DNA from: a virus
Lineage: Duplodnaviria; Heunggongvirae; Uroviricota; Caudoviricetes
Length of the DNA stretch: 33,030 bases
IMG/VR virus record: IMGVR_UViG_2548876960_000009
Strand: one strand, 5' to 3'
The position numbers and the translations under genes were made by a program. A model generated the notes under the pieces. The model made no database searches. It had not been told where the DNA came from and saw nothing but the letters and a program-made list of their open reading frames with translations. This document shows, in pieces, positions 1 to 9,898 of the stretch. Positions within the stretch are counted from its first letter, which is position 1. The number at the start of each line of letters is the position of its first letter.

Positions 1-633
1 ATACCTCTCTCGTTTGCTCAGTTGTTCAGGAATATGGTGCAGCAGCTCGCCGTCGCCGCAGTAAATAGCGGCATGATTCGGCACCGATGAACCAAAACAG
101 CACAGCAGCACATCGCCCGGCTGCGCCGCTGACAACGGCACCTGATATAACCCAGTTGCCTCCAGATTATCCAGATAGAGATTCTGACCGTGACGCCACC
201 AGTCATCCTCACGATGAAAATCCGGCATCTCAATCCACGCCAGATGGTAAGCATCCCGGAACAGCGTGTAACAGTCCGTCACCCCGTGCTCAAAGCGCCG
301 CCCGGTGAGATGCGGCACACAGCGGAATTTATGAATCTCACCCCGGCAGACCAGCCACCACGGCAAATCACTCTGCACCTGCAGCCGCCGGTCAGCCTCA
401 CTCAGCCAGGGCAGACCACCGGGGTGGCTGTGGACCAGCGCCACAATCTCACCCTGCATCTCTGCCCGCAGCCAGTCCTCCGGCGACATCCGGAAATACT
501 CCTCCGGCTCACCGGAGATATTCACGCAGGGAAAATATCTTTCCCCTTCCGGCGTTCTCACCACGAAGCCGCACGACTCCGCTGGCGCACATCGCCGGGC
601 GTGCGCCAGAATCGCTGATTCTGTCTCTGTCAT
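1..633 (-). CDS. K: Tail assembly protein K (MPN/JAB plus NlpC/P60 type); C-terminus truncated by the window edge, no stop codon in window
   Basis: Hand translation of the reverse complement from ATG at 633-631 gives MTETESAILAHARRCAPAESCGFVVRTPEGERYF...HAAIYCGDGELLHHIPEQLSKRERY, recognisably lambda gpK; the frame runs off position 1. Not in the ORF track because it lacks a stop. Confidence 0.85.
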   Translation of the reverse strand, partial: MTETESAILAHARRCAPAESCGFVVRTPEGERYFPCVNISGEPEEYFRMSPEDWLRAEMQGEIVALVHSHPGGLPWLSEADRRLQVQSDLPWWLVCRGEIHKFRCVPHLTGRRFEHGVTDCYTLFRDAYHLAWIEMPDFHREDDWWRHGQNLYLDNLEATGLYQVPLSAAQPGDVLLCCFGSSVPNHAAIYCGDGELLHHIPEQLSKRERY

Positions 634-638
634 GGGAT

Positions 639-1337
639 TTACTGCGAAAGTTTGTTAATGGAAAGGAAGCCGCCAAAGTTGCCGACATTATTGCGGAACT
701 TACAGCCACTCAGGCATTTGCTACATTTATCCTTCGTGATATCGGACGTCGGCTGATCATATTCATCCGCGACAGCCGGACCGTGATAACCGCACTCATC
801 ACTGCGATAGGTCCAGGTGCAGGTGTTGGCCAGCATGATGCGCCCCGGAAAAACGGCACCATCCGTTTCCGTCGGTGTGGACAACACAAAGGAGGCACTG
901 ACCGCACTCAGTTCGCTGCACTGCTCGATGCGCCAGCGGCTGATCACCTCCTGCTCCGGATCGGCATCGCTGTTTCCGTTGACGAAGTTCACCGCATCCA
1001 GAAAACGGGCGTAAACCTTACGCCTGACCACCGTTCCGCCGACCAGACTCTGCAGGTCTTCCGCCATCCCGGTGACCATGCCGTGCAGGTTAGAAACCGT
1101 CAGTGTCGGACGGGCAGCACTGCCCTTGCCATTCAGTTCAAATCCCGTCCCCTGAATGGGGTATGCCTGATACTGCCGCCCCTGCCAGGTAACCGGCTCA
1201 CCTTTTTCGTTCTGCTCATTACAGAAAAAATAACGTTCACCACCGACCTCTGTCAGATCGATTTCCCAGAGCACCACCTGGGCTGACTGAGTGAGGCGTG
1301 TCGTCTCATGATGTGTTTCCTGTGGAATATCCTGCAT
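639..1337 (-). CDS. L: Minor tail protein L
   Basis: 232-aa ORF (MQDIPQETHHETTRLTQSAQVVLWEIDLTEVGGERYFFCNEQ...), same length and sequence character as lambda gpL as I recall it; position between M and K. Confidence 0.85.
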   Translation of the reverse strand: MQDIPQETHHETTRLTQSAQVVLWEIDLTEVGGERYFFCNEQNEKGEPVTWQGRQYQAYPIQGTGFELNGKGSAARPTLTVSNLHGMVTGMAEDLQSLVGGTVVRRKVYARFLDAVNFVNGNSDADPEQEVISRWRIEQCSELSAVSASFVLSTPTETDGAVFPGRIMLANTCTWTYRSDECGYHGPAVADEYDQPTSDITKDKCSKCLSGCKFRNNVGNFGGFLSINKLSQ

Positions 1338-1346
1338 CAGAGCCTC

Positions 1347-1676
1347 CTATGCCACGACCTGTTCAAAATCTGCCGTTATGGTTACCCACAGCGCCCCCAC
1401 GCTTGCCGACCATTTACGACAAACCACCCTAATCGGTTTCCAGTCATAAGGTGGCGTCCACTGAAATGCACGGACGCCACCGTGCCGTTCCAGAAAGGCT
1501 TTTAAAGATGGGTGTTCACATTTACGAACACGTATCGTCACGCTGTAAGTCGACAACTGGTTATTCAGTCCCGCCGCACGACGCTGTTCATAACCATCGC
1601 CCAGCTTCACTGTCACCACTTTCGGCTCTGATACCACATTCATATCCGGGCGCACTTTCCAGTGAAACGTCTCCAT
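1347..1676 (-). CDS. M: Minor tail protein M
   Basis: 109-aa ORF (METFHWKVRPDMNVVSEPKVVTVKLGDGYEQRR...), lambda gpM-like; start ATG overlaps the stop of the tape measure gene (ATGA). Confidence 0.85.
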   Translation of the reverse strand: METFHWKVRPDMNVVSEPKVVTVKLGDGYEQRRAAGLNNQLSTYSVTIRVRKCEHPSLKAFLERHGGVRAFQWTPPYDWKPIRVVCRKWSASVGALWVTITADFEQVVA

Positions 1677-4600
1677 TACCGATATGCTCCACTTAACCGA
1701 CCACCATCACGGGCCTGCTGTTGCATAAAGTCCGCTGCTGCTTTTTTCCCGAGGTCATAAACCACCTTCAGGGCAGCCGGACCTATCTGCCCGTTCGTGC
1801 CATCGTTATTGATCTCGATGTTGTACTGCGGGGCAAACATCGCCATACCTGAACCACCAATATCCGCCACAACCCCCAGCTTACCGTCAGCACCACGACG
1901 CAGAGGCAGAATGGCTTCAGGCCCAGCTTCCCCCATCACACCTGCACCTTTTGCAAAAGCAAAAAACGTCGGACGGTTAACCACCGTGCCACTGTAGCGA
2001 CTCAAATCAGCAGACTGATAAACACCACCATCAGCATTGGGCGTCACACTGGCAGTTGCTGCACTCCCCCAGCCAAACGCCGAACCAATCCCCTTAACTG
2101 CCTGCATCATGGACATCTGAGCCATGATTTTTGCCAGATCAGAAAGGAGCGAGGCGGTAAAAGATTTGAAGTTCAGTTTTCCGGTGGTACAGAATGTAGC
2201 CAGTGCATTACCTGCACTATTAAATGCCGCTGTAAGCATCTGCTCCGCAGTGCCTGCCGCATTATCCGCATCTGCCGTGAAATTCTGAAACGCCCGCATG
2301 GCACCGTTTTTCCAGTTACCCTGAGCAATTTCAAGCTGTTGCCAGTAACGGCGATTCTCATTCAGTTGCCTGTTCAGGCTCTCCGTCAGCGCCTGCTCGG
2401 CCTTTCTGTAGTCATCCGTGTTATATGTCCCTTTCTGCTCACTATCCCGCCTCAACTGCTCCAGCTGTTGCTGGTATTTCTGGCGAAGGCTCAGTTGTAC
2501 CTGATATCGCTGCCGCTGCTGATCACCCATACCCACCGTGGCGATATCCAGGTCATGTTGCTGACGCTGAGCGCGCTCTTCTTCAGCCAGTTGACTGGTC
2601 AGCTGAATTGTTTTTTTCTTCAGATCGTTGAGTGCCGTCTGTTTCTGAAGCTCCTGCTGTTTTACATCCAGCAGCGTCAGTGCCTGAATCAGTTCATCTT
2701 TACGGGCCAGCACACTCTTTTCATCTGCCGTCAGTTTTTTCCCGTCCAGGTCGCTGATGCGCTGCTGCAGAGCCAGAAGCTGTTTATGCGCTTCTGTCAT
2801 CTTTTCAGTGGCAATGCCTGCTGACTGTCTTGCAGCAGCAATCTGTCCTTCCACCTGTGCCTGTTGCTGACTGTACTGCAGCAATAACCGGGTGGCCTCA
2901 TCATTACGGGTTTCGCGTGTTTTTTTCTTACCGGATGCCAGGGCTTTCTCGTAACGTTCATTTTCACGTTGTATCGCCGCATCCCTGACAGCCTGGTCGG
3001 CGTACTGCATGGCATTAATACGCGCAATTTCACGCTGATGTCGTGCTGCTTCCGTTTCATTCATCCGGTTCAGTGCAGCATTTTCAGCATTACGTCGTTT
3101 CTGTTGCTCCTGATAATTCCGCTCTGCCTGCTCTTTTGCATCCTGCAAATCCTTCTGGCGTTTTTTCTCCTGAAGCTCGTTAAGACGCTGCTGATCGTAT
3201 TCAACCTGAGAAGATGATGCCGTCCAGGGGAGTCTTTTCGCCCGCGATACTTTCTCCTGCAAAGTGGCAATCTGCGCATCCAGCGAATCTTCACGACCAA
3301 TATTCATGGCCGCATCCCAGAACTGCTTCCACCAGTCAGACAAGGTTTGCAGCGTACTACCCAGCGCATTGAGGTTATTATCAATATCCGCAGTACGCCG
3401 ACCGGTTTCCTCTGCCAGTGCAGACATGGCTATCCGTGCCGCATCACTGGACCGCCCCTGCTCTCCAAGGATGCGTATCTGCTCAAGCTGAGTGGCAGTA
3501 AGAAAATGCAGCTCATTGTCCAGAGCCTTCGCGGCATTTACAGGATCATCCTTCAGCCGCTTAAACTGATTTATGGTATCGCTGATCGACTGGCCAACCG
3601 ATCGCTCCATCTGTGCGGCAGCTCTCGCCACCATACCGATATCGTTTCCACGAAATGCACCACTCCCCACCACCTGAGCCAGCGCACCGGCTGCAGCATG
3701 TTGCGTGATACCATTCCCGGAAATAGCACGACTGAGCGTCCACAGCTGCCCGGCAGTGACTCCGGCATAATGCCCCGTCAGCGACAGCTGGCGGTTAAAT
3801 TCTTCCCCCTCCTTCTGACCGTCATACCAGGCTTTACCCAGACCATAGACGGCCGCGGTAATACCGCCAATAACCCCGCCCAGCATCATGCCTTTCGGTG
3901 ACATCAGTGTGTCTATCCATCCGGCACGGTTAGCCAGCGTTATCCCGGATCCCCTCAGCGCCCCTAAATTGCCGCGGGCCAGTTCACCTATCAGAACGCC
4001 TATCTCCTGGCGGGCCGCTGCACTTTTCAGACCCAGCGAATGCGTGGCTTTTCCTGCCCGCTCCATTTTGCGGATATACACTTCTGCAGCACTGCTTACC
4101 CCCAGCTGGGCAGCCCTGGCACGAAGCAACTCAGAAGAAGAAAGATTCTGGCGGGTTGCCTGCTCTTTAAGCTGACGGATAAACGCCACTTTCTGTCGGG
4201 TAGCCTCTGCCTCAGCCTGCGTAAGAACACGGGTTTTCGCCGTAACCTCAGAAATCAGCGCCAGATAATCCTGCTGACCAATCCCGCCACTGTTTCTGGC
4301 CTGTCGGATCTGCTGCTGAATACGCTGTAATTCCTGCAACCCCGCACTGGCCTGTTTCACACTGTCAATCTGACGATAAAACGCGGCAGCCGCTTTATCC
4401 TGAGCCTCCGCCAGAGCCATGGCCTGTGCCTGTTCCTCGCGCATTTTCTGGCTCAGTGCCTCCATACGCTGGCGGGTTTGCTCCACCTCGCGGGCCATGC
4501 GTTCATGAGCCTGTGCGCTCTTCTCCACCGTCTGCGCATGGACGGATGCGGCTGTTGCAGCCGAAGAAGCCGCCTGCATTGTCTGCCGGGCGGCCTGAGT

Positions 4601-4750
4601 CTGACGCTCCATAAAACGCTGCATACGGGCAGAAGACCGTTCTGCATCGCTGGCTGCACCATTCAGAAGGTTTTTGATACGGGGAATTTCATTTTTAAAC
4701 TCTGCCGCATCAATCCCCAAATCAATGACCAGGTTGGCTATCTGGTCCAT
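1676..4750 (-). CDS. H: Tail tape measure protein (gpH-like), about 1024 aa from the ATG at 4750
   Basis: Very long ORF rich in Ala/Gln/Glu/Arg coiled-coil sequence with a Gly-rich hydrophobic middle segment; a GGAGGT Shine-Dalgarno sits 7 nt upstream of the ATG at 4750 (the track's longest ORF starts at 4780). Confidence 0.85.
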   Translation of the reverse strand: MDQIANLVIDLGIDAAEFKNEIPRIKNLLNGAASDAERSSARMQRFMERQTQAARQTMQAASSAATAASVHAQTVEKSAQAHERMAREVEQTRQRMEALSQKMREEQAQAMALAEAQDKAAAAFYRQIDSVKQASAGLQELQRIQQQIRQARNSGGIGQQDYLALISEVTAKTRVLTQAEAEATRQKVAFIRQLKEQATRQNLSSSELLRARAAQLGVSSAAEVYIRKMERAGKATHSLGLKSAAARQEIGVLIGELARGNLGALRGSGITLANRAGWIDTLMSPKGMMLGGVIGGITAAVYGLGKAWYDGQKEGEEFNRQLSLTGHYAGVTAGQLWTLSRAISGNGITQHAAAGALAQVVGSGAFRGNDIGMVARAAAQMERSVGQSISDTINQFKRLKDDPVNAAKALDNELHFLTATQLEQIRILGEQGRSSDAARIAMSALAEETGRRTADIDNNLNALGSTLQTLSDWWKQFWDAAMNIGREDSLDAQIATLQEKVSRAKRLPWTASSSQVEYDQQRLNELQEKKRQKDLQDAKEQAERNYQEQQKRRNAENAALNRMNETEAARHQREIARINAMQYADQAVRDAAIQRENERYEKALASGKKKTRETRNDEATRLLLQYSQQQAQVEGQIAAARQSAGIATEKMTEAHKQLLALQQRISDLDGKKLTADEKSVLARKDELIQALTLLDVKQQELQKQTALNDLKKKTIQLTSQLAEEERAQRQQHDLDIATVGMGDQQRQRYQVQLSLRQKYQQQLEQLRRDSEQKGTYNTDDYRKAEQALTESLNRQLNENRRYWQQLEIAQGNWKNGAMRAFQNFTADADNAAGTAEQMLTAAFNSAGNALATFCTTGKLNFKSFTASLLSDLAKIMAQMSMMQAVKGIGSAFGWGSAATASVTPNADGGVYQSADLSRYSGTVVNRPTFFAFAKGAGVMGEAGPEAILPLRRGADGKLGVVADIGGSGMAMFAPQYNIEINNDGTNGQIGPAALKVVYDLGKKAAADFMQQQARDGGRLSGAYR

Positions 4751-5051
4751 AACGCACACCTCCGGAAATACCTTCCCCAAGATGCATCAGTTCTTCGTCC
4801 GTTCGCTCCGGTATCCCGTTCTCTTCCGGTAAAAGGCTGAAATCAGCCACCGCAGCATCACTGCTGCCGGACACCATTCTCACGATCAATGCCTTCAGCG
4901 AGGCAAACTGCGCATCCATCCACACATCACTGAAGCTCTGCATCCGGAAATAATCGCCCCACTCACCAAGCTCAGTGGCCGACATTTCCGACAGCATCCG
5001 CCGCCAGTCTGCCCGCCGGAACTCCCGGGCAAGCCGCATGACAAACTGCAT
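4722..5051 (-). CDS. T: Tail assembly chaperone T segment, expected to be expressed as a G-T fusion by -1 frameshifting
   Basis: ORF lies in the -1 frame relative to G and overlaps its 3' end; the T frame is open upstream of its first ATG across the G stop. Position between G and H as in lambda. Confidence 0.7.
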   Translation of the reverse strand: MQFVMRLAREFRRADWRRMLSEMSATELGEWGDYFRMQSFSDVWMDAQFASLKALIVRMVSGSSDAAVADFSLLPEENGIPERTDEELMHLGEGISGGVRYGPDSQPGH

Positions 5052-5059
5052 TTCCCGCG

Positions 5060-5446
5060 TCAGGACTTTTCCGGCGTCAGCACCTCATGCTCCAAATCCC
5101 CGGCATTCTCAATGGCTCCCATACCGCTCAGCGACAGAACCATCTCCGCCCCCGCTCCCAGGGCATCATACGACCATGTTGTAATAACGGATGCGCAAAG
5201 CGTCTCAACATCCTGAGACTGTTCCGCATTCCACAGTGAGCGGGAAACCAGCCAGGCATTGATATCCATCCCCATCCGCAGAAAAGCAATCTGTCGTTCA
5301 GCCTCCGGCAGTTCTCCCTCTTCGGCATCAAACTTTGCCGTTCGCTGCTGAACAAACGCCAGATATTCAATTCTCTGCAGCCCGGACAGCTCACTGAGCA
5401 CCACGGACTGCTTTTCATAATTAAACGTGCCCTGTTTCAGAAACAT
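5060..5446 (-). CDS. G: Tail assembly chaperone G
   Basis: ORF contains MFLKQGTFNYEKQSVVLSELSGLQRIEYLAFVQQ..., resembling lambda gpG (MFLK..., SALQRIE motif as recalled); AGGTGGAG upstream of the paired ATGs at 5449/5446. Confidence 0.8.
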   Translation of the reverse strand: MFLKQGTFNYEKQSVVLSELSGLQRIEYLAFVQQRTAKFDAEEGELPEAERQIAFLRMGMDINAWLVSRSLWNAEQSQDVETLCASVITTWSYDALGAGAEMVLSLSGMGAIENAGDLEHEVLTPEKS

Positions 5447-5506
5447 CATGTTCTCCACCTGCAAAAAAGCCCCGGATAATCGGGGCAAATGATGAGTATC
5501 GTCCTG

Positions 5507-6250
5507 TTAACCTGCGGCGCTGACGGCCACCGTAGCCACTGCCACAAAATCGCCGTCAGAAGTCATGCCCACAATGCTGACACTGCCCTGCTTCACGCCT
5601 TTCACCGTGGCCACAAGCCCGTTCAGGGTCACCGTGGCAGTCTGTGGATCTGTCGAATGCACACTGATCGCTTTGTCACTGGCTCCGTCAGGTTTTACTG
5701 TAAAGGTCAGCGTGGTGGTTGCTCCCACTTTTACACTGGCAGATGCCGGTGCCACCGTCAGCCCGGTAACGCCCACGGTTTCAGTGCCTTCTTCTGCCAG
5801 ATACGGACGCCCCACACCGCTGATTTTCACTGTGCGGGTCATCACGTCTTTTGAGGCAATGGTTTTACCCAGTGAACTCAGCCAGCCACGGAAAACATCA
5901 ACAGTACCGTTGGGATATTTGATACGAAACGCGCAGACTTCACCGGAGTCGAACAACTGAACCAGTTTTTTCTGCCCGCTGTCACCCGGACGCCAGGCCA
6001 GCGTCGCCGAAGTATCACCGACGGATTTCTGCCCCTGGGTTGTCGTTTTCCAGTCTGCATCTTCATCATCGAGATAAGTGTCATCTTCTGCATCAGCGGT
6101 CATTTCGCCAGGCTGCAGATCCTTCACCATCGCAAGACGCAGCCAGTCAGTGTCCGATAAAGGGTTCGCAAACGCATCGCCCTTGCCGGTGTACATCCAG
6201 AACGTCGTTCCCGCACCTTTCGTTTTTGCCAGTGGATTTGGTGTGGTCAT
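5507..6250 (-). CDS. V: Major tail protein V with C-terminal Ig-like domain
   Basis: From the ATG at 6250 (AAGGAGG just upstream): MTTPNPLAKTKGAGTTFWMYTGKGDAFANPLSD..., close to lambda gpV N-terminus as recalled; the track ORF extends 25 codons further upstream without an RBS. Confidence 0.85.
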   Translation of the reverse strand: MTTPNPLAKTKGAGTTFWMYTGKGDAFANPLSDTDWLRLAMVKDLQPGEMTADAEDDTYLDDEDADWKTTTQGQKSVGDTSATLAWRPGDSGQKKLVQLFDSGEVCAFRIKYPNGTVDVFRGWLSSLGKTIASKDVMTRTVKISGVGRPYLAEEGTETVGVTGLTVAPASASVKVGATTTLTFTVKPDGASDKAISVHSTDPQTATVTLNGLVATVKGVKQGSVSIVGMTSDGDFVAVATVAVSAAG

Positions 6251-6260
6251 TGCCACCTCC

Positions 6261-6662
6261 TTAATTCGTGTACGTGATCTGGTACGTGATTTCCGCCATC
6301 GCCCAGGTGGCCATCTCATTATCACGTTGATAGTTAAAACCGAGAGGGATCAGGGTGTCGATGAGTCCGGAAAGTGCCGGTATATCATTCAGAGCCGGGA
6401 AAATGGTGCTCTCCATCCACATATCCAGCTCTGAATCCGGTGCCTGTGCCCGGATGAAGACAGCAATATGCAGAACAGCCTGCCAGTCATCTTCATCCGT
6501 CATTTTTCCGGTGTACTGAGCATCACTCAGCCACACCGCCACGGCAGGCAGTTCCTGCGCATCAACAAATGCCGGAAGCCCGTCAAAAAACGTGGCGCTG
6601 TCTCCACACTGTTCCCGAAGGCGTGCCAGTACGACCTGGCGGATTTGTGTATGTCGGTTCAT
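6261..6662 (-). CDS. U: Tail terminator protein U
   Basis: ORF with ...DSATFFDGLPAFVDAQELPAVAVWLSDAQYTG...DSELDMWMES..., gpU-like; the ATG at 6662 overlaps the Z stop (ATGA). Confidence 0.8.
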   Translation of the reverse strand: MNRHTQIRQVVLARLREQCGDSATFFDGLPAFVDAQELPAVAVWLSDAQYTGKMTDEDDWQAVLHIAVFIRAQAPDSELDMWMESTIFPALNDIPALSGLIDTLIPLGFNYQRDNEMATWAMAEITYQITYTN

Positions 6663-7237
6663 CGGGTCAGCCATAACCTCAGTTGTTGTTTCAGTGCATA
6701 CCCCAGCTGTTTCGGCATTTCCGCAGCAATGATGCGGTCGCGGGCATCTTCAAATGCCTGTGTCAGCGGTCCGGACAGAGGGATTTTCACCACATCAATG
6801 GGGTAACGATTTTTGCCATCAATACGCCGCATCACATGCCAGCGACCATTCGCCAGTTGCTGAATAAACGCATCCCGGAAAAGATATTTACCCACCTTCA
6901 GCACGCTGCCACGGTACTGCAGTTTTCCACCACGCCGGGTCAGACTGACCCGGGCGGTCCCCAGCTTAATGGCAGGCAGATTGCCCCGGTTAACGCGGAT
7001 CCTGGCCGTCATTTTTCCTGACGGACTGGCTTTAAACACCCGGACACGCTGACGTACCAGTTTCAGGGGTATCCCTTTCACTTGGTTATCTCCCGCAACG
7101 GTATTCCCGGCAACCTGCCGGGTGGCAACCGAGACCGCTTTCTGTGCCACACGGTTTATCGCCCATGCGCTGGCCTGTGGCACCATACGGGTATCAAGGC
7201 TGTTCAGATTGCGGATGGCATTCTCAAGCCCCTTCAT
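6659..7237 (-). CDS. Z: Tail completion protein Z
   Basis: 192-aa ORF MKGLENAIRNLNSLDTRMVPQASAWAINRVA..., same length and N-terminus as lambda gpZ as recalled. Confidence 0.8.
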   Translation of the reverse strand: MKGLENAIRNLNSLDTRMVPQASAWAINRVAQKAVSVATRQVAGNTVAGDNQVKGIPLKLVRQRVRVFKASPSGKMTARIRVNRGNLPAIKLGTARVSLTRRGGKLQYRGSVLKVGKYLFRDAFIQQLANGRWHVMRRIDGKNRYPIDVVKIPLSGPLTQAFEDARDRIIAAEMPKQLGYALKQQLRLWLTR

Positions 7238-7248
7238 CCCACACCTCT

Positions 7249-7524
7249 TTACTCAATAAAGATCATTGGCTTACCGTTAAAGCGTTCATGCCGTGTGACC
7301 GTCCAATGTTGTCCGTCATAAACAACGCGATCCCCGCGCCGTGGGCGGTATCCCGAAGAAAACACCACCAGAGAGACCGCAGGTCCGGACAGAGCATTCA
7401 GCTCTGCCAGTGTTTCTCCCGGGATCACAGTCATATCGACATCATTAATCGAGGCTGTCTTTCCCATCTTTCTGACCGTGATCGCATCCATACGCGCTGC
7501 CAGCCGGGAAAAGGGATCAGACAT
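7249..7524 (-). CDS. Head-tail joining protein (FII-like)
   Basis: 91-aa ORF between the capsid module and Z; RRGD..V motif reminiscent of lambda FII; assignment is by position and weak similarity. Confidence 0.5.
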   Translation of the reverse strand: MSDPFSRLAARMDAITVRKMGKTASINDVDMTVIPGETLAELNALSGPAVSLVVFSSGYRPRRGDRVVYDGQHWTVTRHERFNGKPMIFIE

Positions 7525-7840
7525 TGAGTTTTACCGGCACTTCTTCTGCACTGGTTCCGGCATCTGCCCAGACAACCCCGACCAGCGGATCAGAGCCGCT
7601 GTTAGTCAGCTGAACTTTTCCGGACTTCAGATAAACCTTCTTACCCGTTTTCATGTCATCCGTTTTCAGCTTAGGCAGCATAAACACACCTTCGGTCAGG
7701 CCGTCGCCTGTTTCACCCTGTGGAATATCGGTCAGCGCCACCGCAAAAACATCACCCACCTGCACCAGGTCTCCGCTGCTGATGGCTGCACTGGCAACAA
7801 TCGCCACCGTTTTTCCTTCTTCTACAAAATTCTTTGCCAT
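7517..7840 (-). CDS. Small head protein, DUF2190-like (possible decoration or head-completion protein)
   Basis: From ATG at 7840 (GGAGACAG upstream): MAKNFVEEGKTVAIVASAAISSGDLVQVGDV...; lies directly downstream of the capsid gene. Family assignment is from memory. Confidence 0.45.
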   Translation of the reverse strand: MAKNFVEEGKTVAIVASAAISSGDLVQVGDVFAVALTDIPQGETGDGLTEGVFMLPKLKTDDMKTGKKVYLKSGKVQLTNSGSDPLVGVVWADAGTSAEEVPVKLNV

Positions 7841-7883
7841 AACTGTCTCCGCACAGCCCCGTTCAGGGGCTGATTTCAGGTAC

Positions 7884-7903
7884 AAAAAAAGCCCTTACGG
7901 GCC
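7884..7903 (-). terminator. Short intrinsic terminator downstream of the capsid gene (GCCC-GUAA-GGGC hairpin plus U7 on the minus-strand RNA)
   Basis: Minus-strand RNA reads GGCCCGUAAGGGCUUUUUUU about 24 nt after the capsid stop; GNRA tetraloop with a 4-5 bp GC stem. Confidence 0.45.
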
Positions 7904-7926
7904 ATCAGAGTTGTTGTCTGCGACGT

Positions 7927-9885
7927 TTACGCCGTACATTTCACCAGACCGCGGTGATCAACTGGCGCGACACCGGCGTCAATACGCACTTTCGTTGTCA
8001 CGCCATCCACACTGAAGCCCTCCATCTGATCAATATATGGCGTATCCACACCGTTGAGATAAGCCACTTCAATCGTATCGGAGCCTTTTGACGCAGCCAG
8101 GTAGAAGGTGGTCTGGCTGTTATCATCAAGACGAGGCTCTGCAATAACGGTCGCAAAATCTTTCACCGGGTTAATAATACCGGCGTTAATGTCAGCCCCC
8201 TTGACACTTGAGGAGCGAATGACCTGGTTAGCAACAGACTCCATCGCCGTCGGTACCAGTACGAACGCAGGACGAATATTCAGATGACGCTCCCCCTCTT
8301 TCTGAACGCGCATCAACTGGCGGGCTTTATCCAGCGATGCCACGTCCATTGCAGCGCTCTCCAGTACGTTTGCATGTTTCGCTTTATCGAACAGACTTAC
8401 ATTATCTGTGGAGATTTTCGGGTTAGACGTCAGAATGGCATAAACCAGATCGGCAATAGTGGATTTCGCCGCACGGCCCAGTTTCATCGGGACATCGGTC
8501 AGCATATTCAGATCATCATTGATAATGGCCTGACGGGTGATACTGAACAGCTCGCCATAGGTCGCCAGTGCAATAGTGGCCTGTTTATCTCCGGTGGTGA
8601 CGTATTTATATTCCGCCCCTTCACGCACCTGACGCAGAGCACTGAAGCCCCCCATACCCACACGATGGGCAATTTTAAAATCAGACAACTGACCTTTCCG
8701 CGTCCACTGTTCATAGGTTTCAGGGGCATCTTCCCAGCCCTGCAGAATGGCTTTGTTCGCAACATCCAGCAGAATATTACCGAAGTCAGACGTACTGTGT
8801 GTGAACGCCGCACCGACCATCTGCATCGGGTTATAACTGGAAACCCCAATACCCCGTTCAGTCAGTGACATACGGGCATATTCACGCAGGGTCATCCCGT
8901 TGTAGACATTATCACGTTCGGTTTTTTCAAATCCGGCACGCGCCATCAGCGCCTGGCGGATCCCGTCCCCCACAAAATTACCGTTACCGGCATAAATATG
9001 AGCCGGGGTATTTTTATTGGATGGCGTGGACTCGCGCCCCATCTCGTTCAACAGCTTTTCGCGGGCCTGCTCCAGCGAACATTCAGGATCGGCAAGACAC
9101 TGAGCCTGCAGCGTCTGATAACGCCCGCCAAACATGGCAAACAGATCATTAATACCGTTTACACGCGCTTTTTGCTCTGCCAGTACCTGCGCACGGATGC
9201 TGTTTTCATCCACCACGGGTGCTGCTGCCTGCACTGGCGTCCGGGAGGCTTCAGGTTCATTATCCTGTACGCGTGGAGCACTGTTGCGTGGCGGAGTAAT
9301 CATGTTTCGAATGGATTCCGGCATCTTTTTAAATTCCTCTGTACGTTTTGACTGAATACATGCCATTGCCTTAACGGCTGGCGTTACCTGATCAGCAAAT
9401 CCATGTGCCAGACATTCGGCACCGGACATCCAGGTCTCATCCGCCAGCATGGCAGCAATTTCATCGGTGGTTTTCCCGGTTTTCTGTGCATAAGCGGGTA
9501 ACAGAACCGCCTCAACTTTATCGAGCAGGTCGGCATAGGTGCGCATGTCCTCCGCATCACCGCCCGTAAAGCCAAATGGTTTATGAATCATCATGAAGGT
9601 GTTTTCCGGCATAATGACCGGGTTTCCTACCATCGCAATGACCGACGCCATTGACGCCGCCACACCGTCGACATAAACGGTAATGGACGCACCATGTGTT
9701 TTCAGCGCATTAAAAATGGCGATGCCTTCAAAGACATCGCCACCCGGTGAATTAATATGGAGATTAATGTGGGTGATATCGCCCAGTGCATTCAGATCAC
9801 TGATAAACTGCTTCGCTGTAACACCCCAGAAACCAATCTCGTCATAAATATAAATATCCGCGTCACTCTGGTGACCAGCCTGCAT
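7927..9885 (-). CDS. Prohead protease (ClpP/S49-like) fused to major capsid protein, about 652 aa from the ATG at 9885
   Basis: N-terminal region has a ClpP/S49 peptidase signature (...DADIYIYDEIGFWGVTAKQFISDLNALGDITHINLHINSPGGDVFEGIAIFNALK...); the C-terminal ~350 aa looks like an HK97-fold capsid protein. The track ORF (to 10146) extends into the portal gene; ATG at 9885 lies 14 nt after the portal stop. Confidence 0.75.
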   Translation of the reverse strand: MQAGHQSDADIYIYDEIGFWGVTAKQFISDLNALGDITHINLHINSPGGDVFEGIAIFNALKTHGASITVYVDGVAASMASVIAMVGNPVIMPENTFMMIHKPFGFTGGDAEDMRTYADLLDKVEAVLLPAYAQKTGKTTDEIAAMLADETWMSGAECLAHGFADQVTPAVKAMACIQSKRTEEFKKMPESIRNMITPPRNSAPRVQDNEPEASRTPVQAAAPVVDENSIRAQVLAEQKARVNGINDLFAMFGGRYQTLQAQCLADPECSLEQAREKLLNEMGRESTPSNKNTPAHIYAGNGNFVGDGIRQALMARAGFEKTERDNVYNGMTLREYARMSLTERGIGVSSYNPMQMVGAAFTHSTSDFGNILLDVANKAILQGWEDAPETYEQWTRKGQLSDFKIAHRVGMGGFSALRQVREGAEYKYVTTGDKQATIALATYGELFSITRQAIINDDLNMLTDVPMKLGRAAKSTIADLVYAILTSNPKISTDNVSLFDKAKHANVLESAAMDVASLDKARQLMRVQKEGERHLNIRPAFVLVPTAMESVANQVIRSSSVKGADINAGIINPVKDFATVIAEPRLDDNSQTTFYLAASKGSDTIEVAYLNGVDTPYIDQMEGFSVDGVTTKVRIDAGVAPVDHRGLVKCTA

Positions 9886-9898
9886 CCTGAACCAGGAA

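Noticed and set aside
2339-2824. 161-aa plus-strand ORF and several other ORFs antisense to the tape measure, terminase, portal and tail genes (for example 783-1286, 3347-3901, 10706-11119)
   Set aside because: They lie entirely inside confidently assigned genes on the opposite strand, lack RBSs, and have low-complexity or codon-mirror composition.
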